A DNA stretch of 64,000 nucleotides from NCBI GenBank assembly GCA_951406725.2, contig OX597826.1, forward strand, positions 25,916,001 to 25,980,000. Reading direction: 5' to 3'. Below are positions 1 through 15,319 of this stretch, one piece after another. Made by a program: the position numbers and the translations under genes. The notes beneath the pieces were generated by a model that was given only the letters and a program-made list of their open reading frames with translations, was not told where the DNA came from and made no database searches. The first letter of the stretch is position 1, and each line of letters opens with the position of its first letter. This stretch comes from Octopus vulgaris (lineage: Eukaryota).

Positions 1-12
1 CATATGCTTCGC

Positions 13-20
13 TATATAAA
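13..20 (+). promoter_or_regulatory. TATA box of gene A
   Basis: TATATAAA about 80 bp upstream of ATG 102. Confidence 0.6.
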
Positions 21-101
21 TAGAGAGACGGAACATTTTGAACTGGAGTTGTCTCAAAGACCAAACTGACGAAGGTTACAGACAGTGACAAGGCATCAAC
101 C

Positions 102-192
102 ATGAAGTCTGTTACAGTTGCATACGTCCTCTTTGTGATGCTGTCTTGTTTGACAATAGCATATTCTTATGTTCTGAGGGAATTGGCAAAAA
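102..192 (+). CDS. Gene A exon 1: signal peptide
   Basis: ACCATG start; MKSVTVAYVLFVMLSCLTIAYSYVLRELAK has a basic N-terminus, hydrophobic core and small-residue cleavage region; 91 nt, then donor A|gtaagt (phase 1). Confidence 0.8.
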
Positions 193-251
193 GTAAGTAT
201 TGTCTTTTAATATATGCATTCATATTAGAAAATATGTATTTTATGTATATT

Positions 252-307
<56 letters not shown>

Positions 308-337
308 CACACGCACACAAACACACACACATATATC

Positions 338-632
338 AATGGCTCAGTGGTTAGGGCAGCGGACTCACGGTCAGAGGATCGCGGTTTCGCTTCCCAGACC
401 GGGCGTTGTGCGTGTTTTTTGAGCGAAAACACCTAAAGCTCCACGACGCTCCCGCAGGGTGTGGTGCCGACCCCTGTTGTACTCTTTCGCCCCAACTTTC
501 TCTCACTCTTTCTTCCTGTTTCTTGAGTAACGCTGCGATGGACTGGCGTCCCGTCCAGCTGGGGGGAACACATACGCCCCAGAAACCGGGAAACCGGGCC
601 CATGAGCCTGGCTAGGCTTGAAAAGGGCGCAT
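338..632 (+). mobile_element. tRNA-derived SINE family 1 with Meta-SINE-like core
   Basis: tRNA-like head tggctcagtggttaggg...; core ctgcgatggactggcgtcccgtccag...agaaaccggg; other copies at 9039-9243, 35256-35516 and 58698-58935 (all minus). Confidence 0.8.
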
Positions 633-641
633 CAATAAATG

Positions 642-679
<38 letters not shown>

Positions 680-681
<2 letters not shown>

Positions 682-1014
682 TCAGATGCACAAGATTTCT
701 TTGATTGTGTCGAGAACGATGAAAACATTTTGAAAACTTTGCCTGGGCCTCTAAGCAGGTATCGCCCAGCTTTTGTCAAAATTTGATGCAGCTTCTCTGC
801 TCAACTTTCCAGTCCATGGTCAAGGCAACGATCACACGCAACACACATTGCTTCCAAGCATTGCTGTAAACGGCGGAGGGGAGCTAGAACGCTAAAACTT
901 ACTACTTGTGCACTGCAGAGAGTTCAAGATCAATCTGTGCCAAGCGGCTTTACTCTCTGTGATTTAGTTCCGTTATTATGGCAGTAGTCCGGATACTTAT
1001 TGATCAGGCCACGT
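680..1014 (-). mobile_element. Mariner-like transposon terminal fragment
   Basis: Ends in TIR-like tacgtggcctgatcaataagtatccggact with a degenerate transposase N-terminus. Confidence 0.5.
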
Positions 1015-1579
1015 ATGTATACCTGTGTGTGTGTACATATATGCATATAAAAATGTATATATGTATGTATATATATATATATGTATTTATATATACGTAT
1101 ATATATATATATATATTATATATTATATATATATAATACATATATATATATAAAAGATATATACATATATATATATACACACATATATATATATATTTAT
1201 ATATTATATATATATATATGTATGGACCATGGTACCACAAAATCTGACTTCAAAAGGATTTAGATAATCCTATCAGGTGGTGCTATTAAGTTAGACATGG
1301 CCTGGAGCAATCTATACATATATGTATATATATACATGTATGTATATATATATATATACATATATGTATATATATACATGTATGTATATATATATACATA
1401 TATGTATATATAAACATGTATGTATATATACATATATGTATATATATATATATATGTTTATATATATTAATGTATATATAGATATGTATGTATATCTTCT
1501 ATCTTTTATCACTTATATTTTACGGGTTTCAGCCAGAGGCTGAGGCCATGCTGATGCACTGCCTTTACTGCATCCGGGG

Positions 1580-1639
<60 letters not shown>

Positions 1640-1644
1640 GTATA

Positions 1645-2048
1645 CTCTCTTTTGCTCTTTTCCTTGCTTCAGTCATTTGACTTCGGCCATGCTGGAGCAC
1701 CGCCTTTAGTCGAGCAACTCGACCCCGGAACTTATTCTTTGTAAGCCCAGTACTTATTCTATCGGTCTCTTAAGCCGAACCGCTAAGTGACGGGGACATA
1801 AACACACCAGCATCAGTTGTCAAGCAATGCTAGGGGGACAAACACAAACACACAAACACACACGCACACACATATATATATATATACATATATACGACGG
1901 GCTTCTTTCAGTTTCCCTCTACCAAATCCACTCACAAGGCTTTGGTCGGCCCGAGGCTATAGTAGAAGACACTTGGCCAAGGTACCACGCAGTGGGAATG
2001 AACCCGGAACCATGTGGTTGGTAAGCAAGCTACTTACCACACAGCCAG
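1645..2048 (-). mobile_element. SINE family 2 (tRNA-like head, internal TA/TG microsatellite)
   Basis: Head ggctgtgtggtaagtagcttgcttaccaaccacatgg...; tail gcatggccg.agtcaaatgactgaa. Copies at 6478-6865(+), 16075-16300(+), 33240-33452(+), 38880-39270(-), 48015-48449(-), 52700-52963(-), 57452-57860(+), 63190-63560(-). Confidence 0.85.
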
Positions 2049-2138
<90 letters not shown>

Positions 2139-2260
2139 TATGTATGTATGTATATATAGGTCACTCGTATCATTATCGAGCCTGGAGCTTAACCGTGGTC
2201 TATCCATAGCATTTATCCGATACATTTTGGGTCTTCCTGACACCAATACTTTTCATACCC

Positions 2261-2306
<46 letters not shown>

Positions 2307-2329
2307 AATTTACATACCTATATATCTCG

Positions 2330-3350
2330 AGAATGGAATACAATTGAATTTGGAGATTTAGATTATTCAGACGACATTTGTTTGTTCTCATACACCTTAA
2401 GAACTACAAGACATATCTTGACGACTTACTCAAATAGCCAACTGTATAGATCTCAAAATCAACGAGAAGAAAACGGACACTCTTCTCAGATGCTGACCAT
2501 GTGACTTTGAAAGACAAACCAATCGCAAATGATGATGAATTTAACTATCGAGGCACCAAAATAACAATGGTTAGACCCTGCATTCATGAAATAAATACTG
2601 GGTGTTTCGGAAAGTTTGTGCCGATTTATAGTAGCTTAACTTTCGACTTATTTTAGAACATAGTTGAGTCTATAAAATAGGATTTGACTACACCTCCATT
2701 CAGAGCACAGCTTAAGTTATCTTTTCCTGGAAGAAGATTTATGTTCCTATAACCTGTATTAATTCCGTAAACGTTTAAAATGGAAGATAAGAAAGTTCAT
2801 TTTCGGCACTTGTTGCTTTGGGAACAAGACAAAGATTGCTGCAGCTCGGCTGGGATGTGTTACCCCACCCTCCATATTCACCAGATATTACTCCTTCGGA
2901 TTTCCACTTATTCAGGTCTCTGCAGAATAGTCTTAATGGTAAAAATTTCAATTCTTTGGATGGTGTAATAAGATACCTTGATGAATTCTTTCCCATGAAA
3001 CCACCTCAATTCTGGGAAGAGGATATTTTCAAGTTAAAGGAAATATGAAGACACATTGTGCAACAAAATGGTTCATATTTGGTTGATTAAAAATGTAATG
3101 GCAAGTATTTATTGACCTTTTTCTTTCCTTAAAAAATCGGCATGAACTTTCCGGACAACCCAATACAAGAATCAGCAAAGCTAACCAATCATTCGGTATG
3201 TTAAACTCAATATGGAAATCACTAATACTCAGCAAGAGCACCAAAATATGATTTTACAATAGCAATATACTTAGCTTCCTCTTCTATGGATCCGGATGTT
3301 GGAAAACAACGAAAAATATTGAAAAGAAATTGGAGGTGTTTCAAAATAAG
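2330..3350 (+). mobile_element. Degenerate RTE-like LINE RT fragment interrupted by a mariner MITE
   Basis: The flanks rejoin as IHEINTRISKANQSFGMLNSIWKS...FYGSGCWK, an RT thumb-like sequence. Confidence 0.6.
2598..3163 (+). mobile_element. Internally deleted mariner element with TIRs and TA target duplication
   Basis: TIRs ctgggtgtttcggaaagtttgtgccgattt / aaatcggcatgaactttccggacaacccaa flanked by TA; encodes HPPYSPDITPSDFHLFRSL. Confidence 0.9.
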
Positions 3351-3379
3351 ATTCCTGTTAAAACTGTAATGGACAAAAT

Positions 3380-5190
3380 AAGATTCCTGTTAAAACTGTA
3401 ATGGACTACTGAAACTGCTAGGGTATTAATGGCTTCGATCTGATTTTTAGAGTTGAATTCAGTTTTTAGTACGGGGCTTACTCTCCTGTAATGCTCCTTT
3501 CTTATTTTTCTCCTTCATAGTAGCATGTTGTATACCATATCCTTCGTTTATCCCCAAGTATTCATAACTTTCTTGTGGATCAAGCTCCTTGATGGTATGA
3601 TGGTAGTGTCGGTATCTAATTTAAAAGAAGTTGTTTGCTTGAGCTTGCCTCTTACAAAAGTTGCTTTTCAAGGCCAAAATCCATTCCAATATCATTGCTG
3701 AACTCTTTAACAGTTATTAACAGCCCTACTAGTTCTTCATTTCTAGCAAACAGCTTCAGATAGTCCATATAAAACAGATGATTTACTATACCTGGTATTA
3801 CTCAGTTCGTTTGAGAGTGGGATCAGTGCCATGCAAAAGAGTAATGGGGAGAGGGAGTCACCTTGAAAGATGTCTCGTTTGATGTTGATGTTGTTAGATT
3901 GATTCATCCCATTATTATGGTGTAGAAGGAGACTTGTATTCGGCTATGCTACCTTGTAAGAATTTGGAGACGACAGGAGAGATTGTATATATCTCAAGGG
4001 TCTTGAGTATCCAATTATGTGGGACACTATCAAACGCTTTCCTCTCGTCTATCCATGCCATACTCAGGTTCTTCTTTTTGTTCGGGCAATTCTTTACAAT
4101 CCTTTTATTTATGATTAATTGATCTTTGCATCCATAAGAATTCCTTTTACAACCTCCTTGAGTTTGTGGAAAGATAGGACTCTATTCAAGAAAAGTGTAT
4201 ATTCTTTCAGTTAGTATCAATATGAGGATCTTGTAGGTGGTGTTAAGACATGTTATTGGTCAATATTTCTTTTGGTAGAAGGCATGTTGTTCCTTCAGTC
4301 AGCCAGGTGGATATTTGCTCTGGTTTCTGGATGCCATCAGTCAGGGATGCAGTAAAATGTTAGGGTTCTTCAGTTAAATAATTCAGTCAAAAGTTAGGGA
4401 TCCGGTCCAGTCCTGGACTTTTCCATTTGTGAAACTTTCTAAGAACACATCTTAGCTCTTCTGCTCTTATTGTCTCCCATTTCTCACTTTCTCACACTGT
4501 ATTCAGTGAGCTTCAGCATTTCATTCTTTTTTGTTGCTCCATATCTTCTTCTAGAGCTCTTCCGTTTCCTCAGTCTTAGGTGCCTCCATTACTTCTATCT
4601 TGCTTTTGTCAATTTCCCTATAACATGTTTTTTTTGCATCTGTCTTGAATACCTTGTTTTATCGATAAAATTTGATTCACTTGTAATACCTTCCGAGCCG
4701 TTGCGCTTTCAGTTGTATTCGTTGTTTTAATATTTCCTTGGTTGCAGGGAAGGTTTATAAAATCTTTGATTTTATATTTTTGCTTGATTTTTCTAGCTTG
4801 TTTCGCCTTAACATTTACTCCTCTAGCAAGTTCATCAAGAACTGATACACCCGCCCGCAGAGATTCCATTTCTTTTTTTATTGCTACTTTCAACTTAAGA
4901 GGTCTATTGACAAGGTTGGTCCTCACGCTGTTTGAGAGCTTTGGTAGCGGTTCTCTATTGATCATGTCAGTAAATTCAGTCTTGCTGAGTTCTCACATAA
5001 TATCTTCTTTTGATTCTATGATCTTCTCTTTATTATTCCACCTCAAATTCTGTATCATATCTGTTGTGATGTTCTTGAGGTAGGTCTACTTTCTTCTCTG
5101 TCTGCTCTTCGCTATTTTGTCTTCAGCTTCCACGTTGGGATGCACTACTCGTACACTGGGTTCTGTGCATCTGTTACTTATTTCATCTGC
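3380..5190 (-). mobile_element. Decayed R4/Dong-like non-LTR retrotransposon (RT region)
   Basis: Minus-strand remnants WIDERKAFDSVPHNWI, FQGDSLSPLLFC and LFYMDYLKLF; abuts a (TTA)n tract. Confidence 0.75.
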
Positions 5191-5198
5191 ATTGTTAC

Positions 5199-5655
<457 letters not shown>

Positions 5656-5844
5656 ATGAAAAGGTATCGTAGCTCTTAGCTCCGGCATTTGAAGCTCTGA
5701 GTCCTATTATGGCAACTTAGTTATTGTTCAAAACTATACATGCACACATACAAACATACAAACATACGTACGTACATACATGTATATATACATACATACA
5801 TACATACATACATGCATACATACATACATACATACATACATACA

Positions 5845-5876
<32 letters not shown>

Positions 5877-5884
5877 CATATATA

Positions 5885-6445
5885 CACAGTCCCATCCAAA
5901 GGTCGGCGGAAATGTTTATAGGCTGAAGAAGGTACTTTCGTGGAATGTGACCAAATGAAGTTTATTTTTCAGCAAAGTCCACCTTAGCGGTCCACACACT
6001 TCTTTCATTTGACGTTGCCGTGCTTGGATCCCATAGGTGAAGAAACTTTCCTTCTGTTGGCCCAAAAGTCATGCGCAGTAGAAGTGACACCATCACCACT
6101 GCAATACTGGTTTCCAGCCCAAAAGTGTTTCATGGGGAACAGATGATAGTCAGATGGGGTCAAATCAGGAGAATAGGGATGGCGATCATAAACCAGTTCA
6201 AAGTCACAGTTACGCACAGCAGTCATTGAAAGCAAGGGCTTGTGTGTTGGAGTATTACCCTGATGAAACAAAACATCTTCTGTCAGTCTTTCTGGGCGTT
6301 TGGCCTTAATAGACTTGCGTAACTGCCCCAGCAAGTTAGCATAGTACTCTCAATTGATGTAATGACCCTTTTGAAGATAGTCCATTATGTCTTTTGTATC
6401 CACCAAAATTGAGGCCGTCAATTTCCCTGCAGAGGAAAAACCCTT
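5885..6445 (-). mobile_element. Mariner transposase C-terminal fragment
   Basis: Tracked ORF 6005-6334 contains VLFHQGNTPTH and HPYSPDLTPSDYHLFP. Confidence 0.85.
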
Positions 6446-7089
6446 AGCCATCTTTGGAGTGGGTGAAGAGGAGTGCTAGTGGCTGTGTGGTAAGTAGCTT
6501 GCTTACCAACCACATAGTTCTGGGTTCAGTCCCACTGCATGGCAACTTGGGCAAGTGTCTTCTACTATAGCCTCGGGTCGACCAAAGCCTTGTGATTGGA
6601 TTTGGTAGACGGAAACTGAAAGGATCTCGTCGTATATATGTATATATATATGTGTGTGTGTTTGCGCGTCTGTGTTTGTCCCCCCAACATCGCTTGACAA
6701 CCGATGCTAGTGTGTTTACGCCCCTGTAAATTAGCGGTTCAGCAAAGGAGACTGATAGAATAAGTACTAGGCTTACAAAGAATAAGTCCTGGGGGTCGAT
6801 TTGCTCGACTAAATGCGGTGCTCCAGCATGGCCGCAGTCAAATGACTGAAACAAGTAAAAGAGTACAAGAGTCACTCCCCACATATACATATTTGCTCCT
6901 CACGCGTACACACTCTCACTAACATATATTTACAAATGCGTTTTCAGCATGTATGCAGTTAAATGACAGATAGTAGTGAAGAGCGGAAAGACTGCAAATG
7001 ATTCCTAAATACATCACATTTCTTTCTCCAACACACTTTTCTCATTCATCTTCTTGTATTTTGTCTTTTCTATAACTTTCTTTTCATTG

Positions 7090-8300
7090 AAATCAAGCGT
7101 TATGTTATGACTCTCCATTTTTTTAAAGTGTTGAACTAATACAACATTTAAAATTTGCCGCTCCAGTGTTTTTGTTTGGTTATTGTGCTCAGCGCAACCT
7201 CTTCATAGATACGGTATTTTAACGTGTACAAAGAACTCTTTTTTTAAAAATCAAAGATCAGGTAGAAGACTATTCTATGAATACGCCTTGCGACACCTAA
7301 ATCGTTGACAACTGCATTAAATGGTTCTTTTTCATTGCGGTCATCAACTGGAGAATGACGTACTTCAGGGAAGCTTACAGTATTATGATGGCTGTTGATT
7401 TGTCTCCCTTTCAACAATGTCCCAGACTTAGTAGTAAATGGAAGTTAAATCTGGCGATGGGGGCTACGTGTTTGGGGTTACATGATTATAAAAATTATCT
7501 GATATCAATTCTTATGTTATGTGGAGGTTTGAGAGGAGATATTGTGTCTTGTTGGAAGACGCATTGCCTTCCTATGCGTGCTTCAGTCATGAAAGGTTTA
7601 CAATTGTCTCCTGTATTTCAACGTATTTAGTAATAGAAAAGACCATGTGTAAATAGGTGAAGTGGTATGACATGACTTTCGTTGCTCACTCTCTTAAAAC
7701 CATCACAGTTATTCGAAACCGTGTACGTCACTTTTGAAACATCAGAAGGATCTGCACACAACCATCTGTCATTTATCCAGCTAGAATTTGGTCTTGGTCA
7801 AAGTTTTTCTAACCAGTGAAGAACCAAAACATGTCATGTTCGTGAATTATTTCAACCTTGTTAAGTAACCGCTTGGCATGGATCAGGCGGTTTTCCTGTG
7901 CTTTGCAGGTATGAATTAGCCTCTCCTCAATACATAAGACCTTTATCGAACGTCTTCCAGCATCACAGTTCTGATTGTCTACTTGGACAACTGAAGTTCT
8001 TTGGCGATGGCCCTTAATTGATTTTCGGGGATCACCATCATTAATATTCTGAGCCCGTTATATGAATTACGGTGTCCTTATATTGTATGTATGTATTGTT
8101 CGCTTTGGTACAGTTGAAACATTCCCACCAAACGCTTCCATTTCCATCTGAACTTTGTGTACAAAATACCTGTCACTGATTAGAAAAATGGCAATTTCTA
8201 AATCGCTGTTTTCCGTACATATAGGATCAATGCCTGCATGTCTTTTAATCTTTTTGTGACAGCATTTTATCTGCTATGGAGTATCTGGAACAAATATAAG
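7090..8300 (-). mobile_element. Degenerate Tc1/mariner transposase
   Basis: Minus-strand remnants VFQQDTI and PSPDLTSIYY, with many stops. Confidence 0.55.
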
Positions 8301-8454
8301 AGTTTGGTTTGAAGAGAGTTATACACAGATAACTATGTGTTCTCAAATTCTCCTCGAACAATGTGTATATGTACATATATATACACACCCGTCCATATAT
8401 ATATATACATGTATAAAAATATATATATACTAATCAGCATATATATATATTATT

Positions 8455-8538
<84 letters not shown>

Positions 8539-9246
8539 AATACAGACATATACATACATGGTGATATATCAAGATAAACAGCACATGGCCTTGCAGGTGG
8601 GTCTCAGAATTTTCTTCTGGTCAAGTAGCCCATCCTGATCAAAAGGTTCCTGAATAAGGGTTGTTTAAGGATGTTGAACGAAACACCCATGTTTCCAAAG
8701 GTGAATTATCCAAACCCCAAAGAATTCCTCTCAACACATGGCTATGATGCTCCTCCACTACTTCTGCTCGTGATCAGAGATGCACATATCGTCAGCCAAT
8801 GAGGGACATGCTCAACTGGTTATGGTCAAACAACTGACAAGCAAATCTGTGGTACTGATCAAAATATTTGCTTAAGACCATCTTTAGCCCATTTCCGCCC
8901 CGACGTCCGAAACTCGAGGTTTTATTATGGCAACAGAATAATTGTCACATATTATATTACAGATAAATTCCTCTATTTACATAATATCGACGTCTCATTC
9001 ATTCTTTTGTTATCATACCATTAATATTATATTTATTTATGCGCCCTTTTCAAACCTAGCCAGGCTCATGAGCCTGGTTTCCTGGTTTCTGTGGCGTATT
9101 TGTTCACCCCAGCTGGATGGGACACCAGGAAGAAAGAGTGAGAGAAAGTTGGGGCGTGGAGCTATAGGTGTTTTCGGTCCCGGTCGAAACCGCGATCCTC
9201 CGACCGCGTGTCCACTTCCCTAACCACTGGGCCATTGCGCCTCCAA

Positions 9247-9333
<87 letters not shown>

Positions 9334-9408
9334 GCATAGATATACATGTACGTACATACATATATATATATATATATATACGTATACATATACATACAGA
9401 TACACACA

Positions 9409-9446
<38 letters not shown>

Positions 9447-9742
9447 CACACACACACACATGTATATAATTAAGAGGAATAACCTCTATTAAGTAATTAA
9501 ATAGTGGAAGAGATTATCTACAACAAATAGAAAAAGTTAAATGTACTATTATAAATATTATTTTTTAAAAATCACTAAATTATATATTATATAATCTCAT
9601 GCAAGATTGATGTCTTACAAAAACTAGCCTTATTGGGCACAACGCACATCTTAAGGACAGTAATATCTATCCGAGGTCCTTGTTGTGACTTGACAGATGA
9701 CTAAAGACGCCGGTGTATTTTTACCTACAGTGTGTTACGAAG

Positions 9743-9829
<87 letters not shown>

Positions 9830-10083
9830 TAATAATAATGATAATAATAATGATAATAATAACAGTAATAATAATAATAATGATAATAATAATAATGATG
9901 ATGATGATGATGATGATGATGATAATAATAATAATAATGAAAATAATAATAATAATAATTATGATAATGATAATAATGATAATAATAAAATAAAAAAAAA
10001 AATAATAATAACTATATATATATTAGTACGTTTATATATTTGTTGTGCAAGATTTTTTATGTGAAGTCGTGTGTTGAAACAGA

Positions 10084-10515
10084 TATTGTTATATTTCGGA
10101 ATAGCCATTTTGCCAGTTTAGCCAATAAAAACACACGCACTATATATTTGGTGTTACTTTGCTTCAGTGTTATTTAGTTTTTACATTAATCTTAATCCTA
10201 TTTCGGCCAGAGTTCTTTCGTCACACTCCTGTGACCGCACCAGTGGTCCTTTGTTTTCTTCTTTCTTATTTGTGTCTCTCTTTACTAACCGTCAGCCATT
10301 TTTCTGACGGTTAGTAAGGAGAGACACAAATAAGAAAGAAGAAAACAAAGGACCACTGATGCGGTCACAGGAGTGTGACGAAAGAACTCTGGCCGAAATA
10401 AGATTAAGATTAATGTAAAAAATATATAACACTGAAGCAAAGTAACATCAAATATATAGTGCGTGTGATTTTATTGGCTAAACTGGCAAAATGGCCATTC
10501 CGAAATATAACAATA
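10084..10515. repeat. Long inverted repeat (about 210-bp arms), Penelope-like
   Basis: Arms reverse-complementary around a ccattttt loop near 10296-10303; related partial copy at 61410-61640. Confidence 0.85.
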
Positions 10516-10693
10516 TATATATATATATTATATAATTTTAATGTTTATTTAATTTAGTCATTTCTTGAATAATATTCATTATAGTATATTTGAATTTTTT
10601 CTATATGATATGGATAATGTATATTATACATTATGAAATTTGATTTAGTATTTCTAAATTGAATTTTCGCTGTAAGTTTGGAATTATATTCCC

Positions 10694-11613
<920 letters not shown>

Positions 11614-11629
11614 TTATTATTATTGTTAC

Positions 11630-11731
<102 letters not shown>

Positions 11732-11864
11732 CATTATTATTATATATAGATATATATAGTTTATGAGAAATAATGGTGTCAATAAGACCCAAAGGTGTCA
11801 GGTAATACTGAGTAAGTGCTATGGAGAGACCATAGTAGGCTCCAGGTTCGGTGATTATACAAAT

Positions 11865-12268
11865 AAGGAGTCCAACGTAGGTCATATATCAGCATGTGTA
11901 CATATAAAACATTTTTAGAATGAGATAAAAATCCAAGGCTGTGAAAGATTTTAGATCATTTATAAATAGAAGGTCTTACTGCTGTTTCCAGGATATTTAT
12001 TATATCCCTTCATCGGAGACGGTGTGAGAAAATGGTTTAGCAATAGTTAATTTAGATAAGATATGAAATAGAGAGTGAAGTGGAGGAATGAAAAGAGTTG
12101 TAATTTTCTCACACCGTCTCCGATGAAGGGATAGATAAAATATCCCGGAAACAGCTGTAAGAGATATTTATAAATGTTCTAAAATCTTTCACAGTCTTGG
12201 ATTTTTATCTCATTCTGAAATTTTTTTATATATACACATGCTAATATATGATCTACGTTGGACTCCTT
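11865..12268. repeat. Inverted repeat, Penelope-like, with variant hammerhead motif
   Basis: Arms about 11865-12033 and 12103-12268; tctCCGATGAagggata...tatcccgGAAACAGCTGTAaga at about 12117-12163. Confidence 0.75.
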
Positions 12269-12507
12269 CTGAGAATTATATATATATATATATATATATA
12301 TTGAAGTAGATAAATGAATTATCTTATTACGGATAATTCAAATGATAACCGATACTTGGGTAGCAAAAATCACAACAGAAAGAGCACGGTTGAAGTTACG
12401 ACCATGGGGCATAAAATCCGTGCCTTAGTGCGGAAATTTGAAGTTTTATATATTAAGTATAGTAAAGAATGGAGCTGAACGAAGATTTAACCAAATTCCT
12501 TTATTTT

Positions 12508-12593
12508 ATTTTCGACATATGTTTCGAAGTCTGCAAAGTCCCTAACTCCGATTGAATAAGGAGTCCATTTTGCAGCTTTCTCTTCAGGAAAAT
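12508..12593 (-). ncRNA. Hammerhead ribozyme motif (Penelope-type, palindromic helix III)
   Basis: attttc-CUGAAGA-gaaagcugcaaa...uuugcagacuuc-GAAAC-auau-GUC-gaaaau: helix I, intact core, long helix II and GUC triplet. It lies in the inverted repeat 12465-12880. Confidence 0.75.
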
Positions 12594-12881
12594 CCAGGAA
12601 CTTAATTCTCCAACAAAATGCACAACAAGCTTTTCGACAAACGCTCACGAGGAGCCCATGAAATTAATGACACAAAATGTCTATCTATATGCGTTGACGA
12701 CAGGCTGGGTGAAAGCAGAAGAGATTGTCCGTTGAGATAGTTCAAGGTCAGAATCCGGTTGGCAGAAGTGGGGTACATGGACTCCTTATTCAATCGGAAT
12801 TAGGGACTTTGCAGACTTCGAAACATATGTCGAAAATAAAATAAAGGAATTTGCTTAAATCTTCGTTCAGCTCCATTCATT

Positions 12882-12951
<70 letters not shown>

Positions 12952-12961
<10 letters not shown>

Positions 12962-13336
12962 CAAAGGACGTACTAGGTATGTCAACCTGCTTGAAATAAC
13001 AGTCAAAACTCTTATTAAATCGCCAAAAATACATCGATGAAAACTACAGAAATCAAACGAAGGTAAAATCAGACTAAGACAATCTACTAACATACATTTA
13101 AGTATTTGGACTCACGCCGACCGGTTTCTGCATTGGTAAAATAAAACCTTAGCTTCTTCAGCACGTGTCGGCGTGAGTCCAAATACTTAAATGTATGTTA
13201 GTAGATTGTCTTAGTCTGATTTTACCTTCGTTTGATTTCTGTAGTTTTCATCGATGTATTTTTGGCGATTTAATAAGAGTTTTTACTGTTATTTCAAGCA
13301 GGTTGACATACCTAGTATGTCCTTTGATTAATTTTA
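12952..13336. repeat. Inverted repeat with hammerhead-like motif in the spacer
   Basis: Arms about 12952-13121 and 13167-13336; minus strand reads CUGAAGA...GAAACCGGUC at 13119-13161. Confidence 0.75.
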
Positions 13337-13458
13337 ATCCCTCGGCTATTTAATGCTATTTTTTGGCCTGCTATCGCCTGTGTCATTGATTCTGTTACTA
13401 TCATTTTTAAAATTGTTACATTGGATAATAATAGAATTAATGACACCTTCGTAAATTG

Positions 13459-13516
<58 letters not shown>

Positions 13517-13897
13517 GGTATGTAGAAAAATACAACATGGACAAGAACGTATAACTCGAGAAAACGATACAATAAACACGGACAGGACATTCGAAACCCT
13601 CAGTCTTCAGTCAAGAACCGGATCATCGTAGTAATTTCGGCTGATTAATATATATATATCTACACGAAGGATTCTTTCAGTTTCCGTCCACCAAATCCTC
13701 TCATACATGGTCCGGGTCTATAGTGAAAGACACTTGCCCAACATGTTGAGCACTGAGACTGAACCCCAGAATACAGGTTTGGGAAGCAAACTTCCTAACC
13801 ACTCAGCCATGACTTTGTGTTTTCATATATTGTTTGTCAGTAATTTTTTGCAATCATACTTGTGAAAAAACAAATCATCTTTAACAATTTCTTACAG

Positions 13898-14068
13898 ATT
13901 TGACAAATACCAATGATAATGTTGCGGCAATGAAAATGGTAAAATCTGAGAATGATGACAGAAATGCCAGGAATGCCAATTTGACTGGTTCGTTATCAAT
14001 ACGGCAGGGTCCTTGTAAAGTCCTGGTCAATATGATTACCTGTCGCCTCATTGTCGGAGACAACGAAT
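13898..14068 (+). CDS. Gene A exon 2: propeptide-like segment plus C-x8-C
   Basis: Acceptor tttcttacag|, donor T|gtaagt, 171 nt, phase 1-1 and in frame with exon 1: (N)LTNTNDNVAAMKMVKSENDDRNARNANLTGSLSIRQGPCKVLVNMITCRLIVGDNE. Confidence 0.75.
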
Positions 14069-14577
14069 GTAAGTAAAAGAAATTTAATAAAAATTATAAT
14101 ATAAAATAAAAATTAAAGGTATTCCTGACACAAACTGAAAGACTGACAAACAGATAAATATACGAACACGCACCATACAGAGAGGGAGAAAAAGAGAGAG
14201 AGAGAAAGAGAGAGTCTGAAATGACTGCAGACAAACATACAAACATGCATATATGCATACATACATACATACATACATACATACATACATACATACATAC
14301 ATACAAGCTGTCAAAGATAGGTAGACTGATAGATAGATAGACAGACATAGAAATAGAGAGCTAGATAGGCAGACAGACAAATAGATATAGATAGATAGAT
14401 GCATAGATAGACGGATAACCAGATTAATAGATTGTTAGATAACAGATAAATAGATCGATAGGTAGGTAGACAGACCGCTTCGGTAGCTCACTGGCCGACG
14501 CTGTTGCTGCTCCGCCGACTGGTTCGCTGCCGGGGACGACCTCATCGCTCGCGGGGTAGATAGATAGACAGACAGAC

Positions 14578-14621
<44 letters not shown>

Positions 14622-14719
14622 TGATAAATTGACAGATAGATGCTGACAAATGGGGAAACATTGATAGCTAGTCAGACATATTCACAGACATACAAACAGA
14701 TAGAACTACAACAACAACG

Positions 14720-14783
<64 letters not shown>

Positions 14784-15319
14784 TCTGGAAGGTGGTGGAT
14801 AAGCACTAGCGTTTTAGCTCTGGTTATTTTACGTTCTGACTTCAAAAACCTCGAGATCAATTTTGCCCTTACTTTTCAGCTTTTCCAGATCGACAATAAA
14901 TCGAGCTAATCAACCGATTCCATACCCTTAAAATATCTGACCTTGTGCTAAAATATTCGTGCAGGCAAAAGCACTAGCCCACTGAACACAAAGCTTATCG
15001 TCCGTCTTTATGTCCAGGGTACAAATTCGACTTTGTCTTAAACCCTTCCGGGTTGATGAAAGGAACACCAATTGAACATTAGTGTCGATGTAATCGACTT
15101 GTGCTCTTCAACGACAATTTCAGGTCTTGTGCCTTGACACAATCGTTAGCTCACCGGGAAAAATGCTTAGCGGCATTTCGTCCGTCTTCACGTTCTGAAT
15201 TCAAATTCTGTGAAGGGCGACTCTGCCTTTCATCTTTTCGGCGTCGATAAATTAAGTATTAGCGATCGGCTAATCCCATCCCCGAAAATTTCAGATCTTG
15301 TGCCTTTATTATTATTATT

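Noticed and set aside
338-410. tRNA gene
   Set aside because: The tRNA-like sequence is a SINE head that continues into a multi-copy body.
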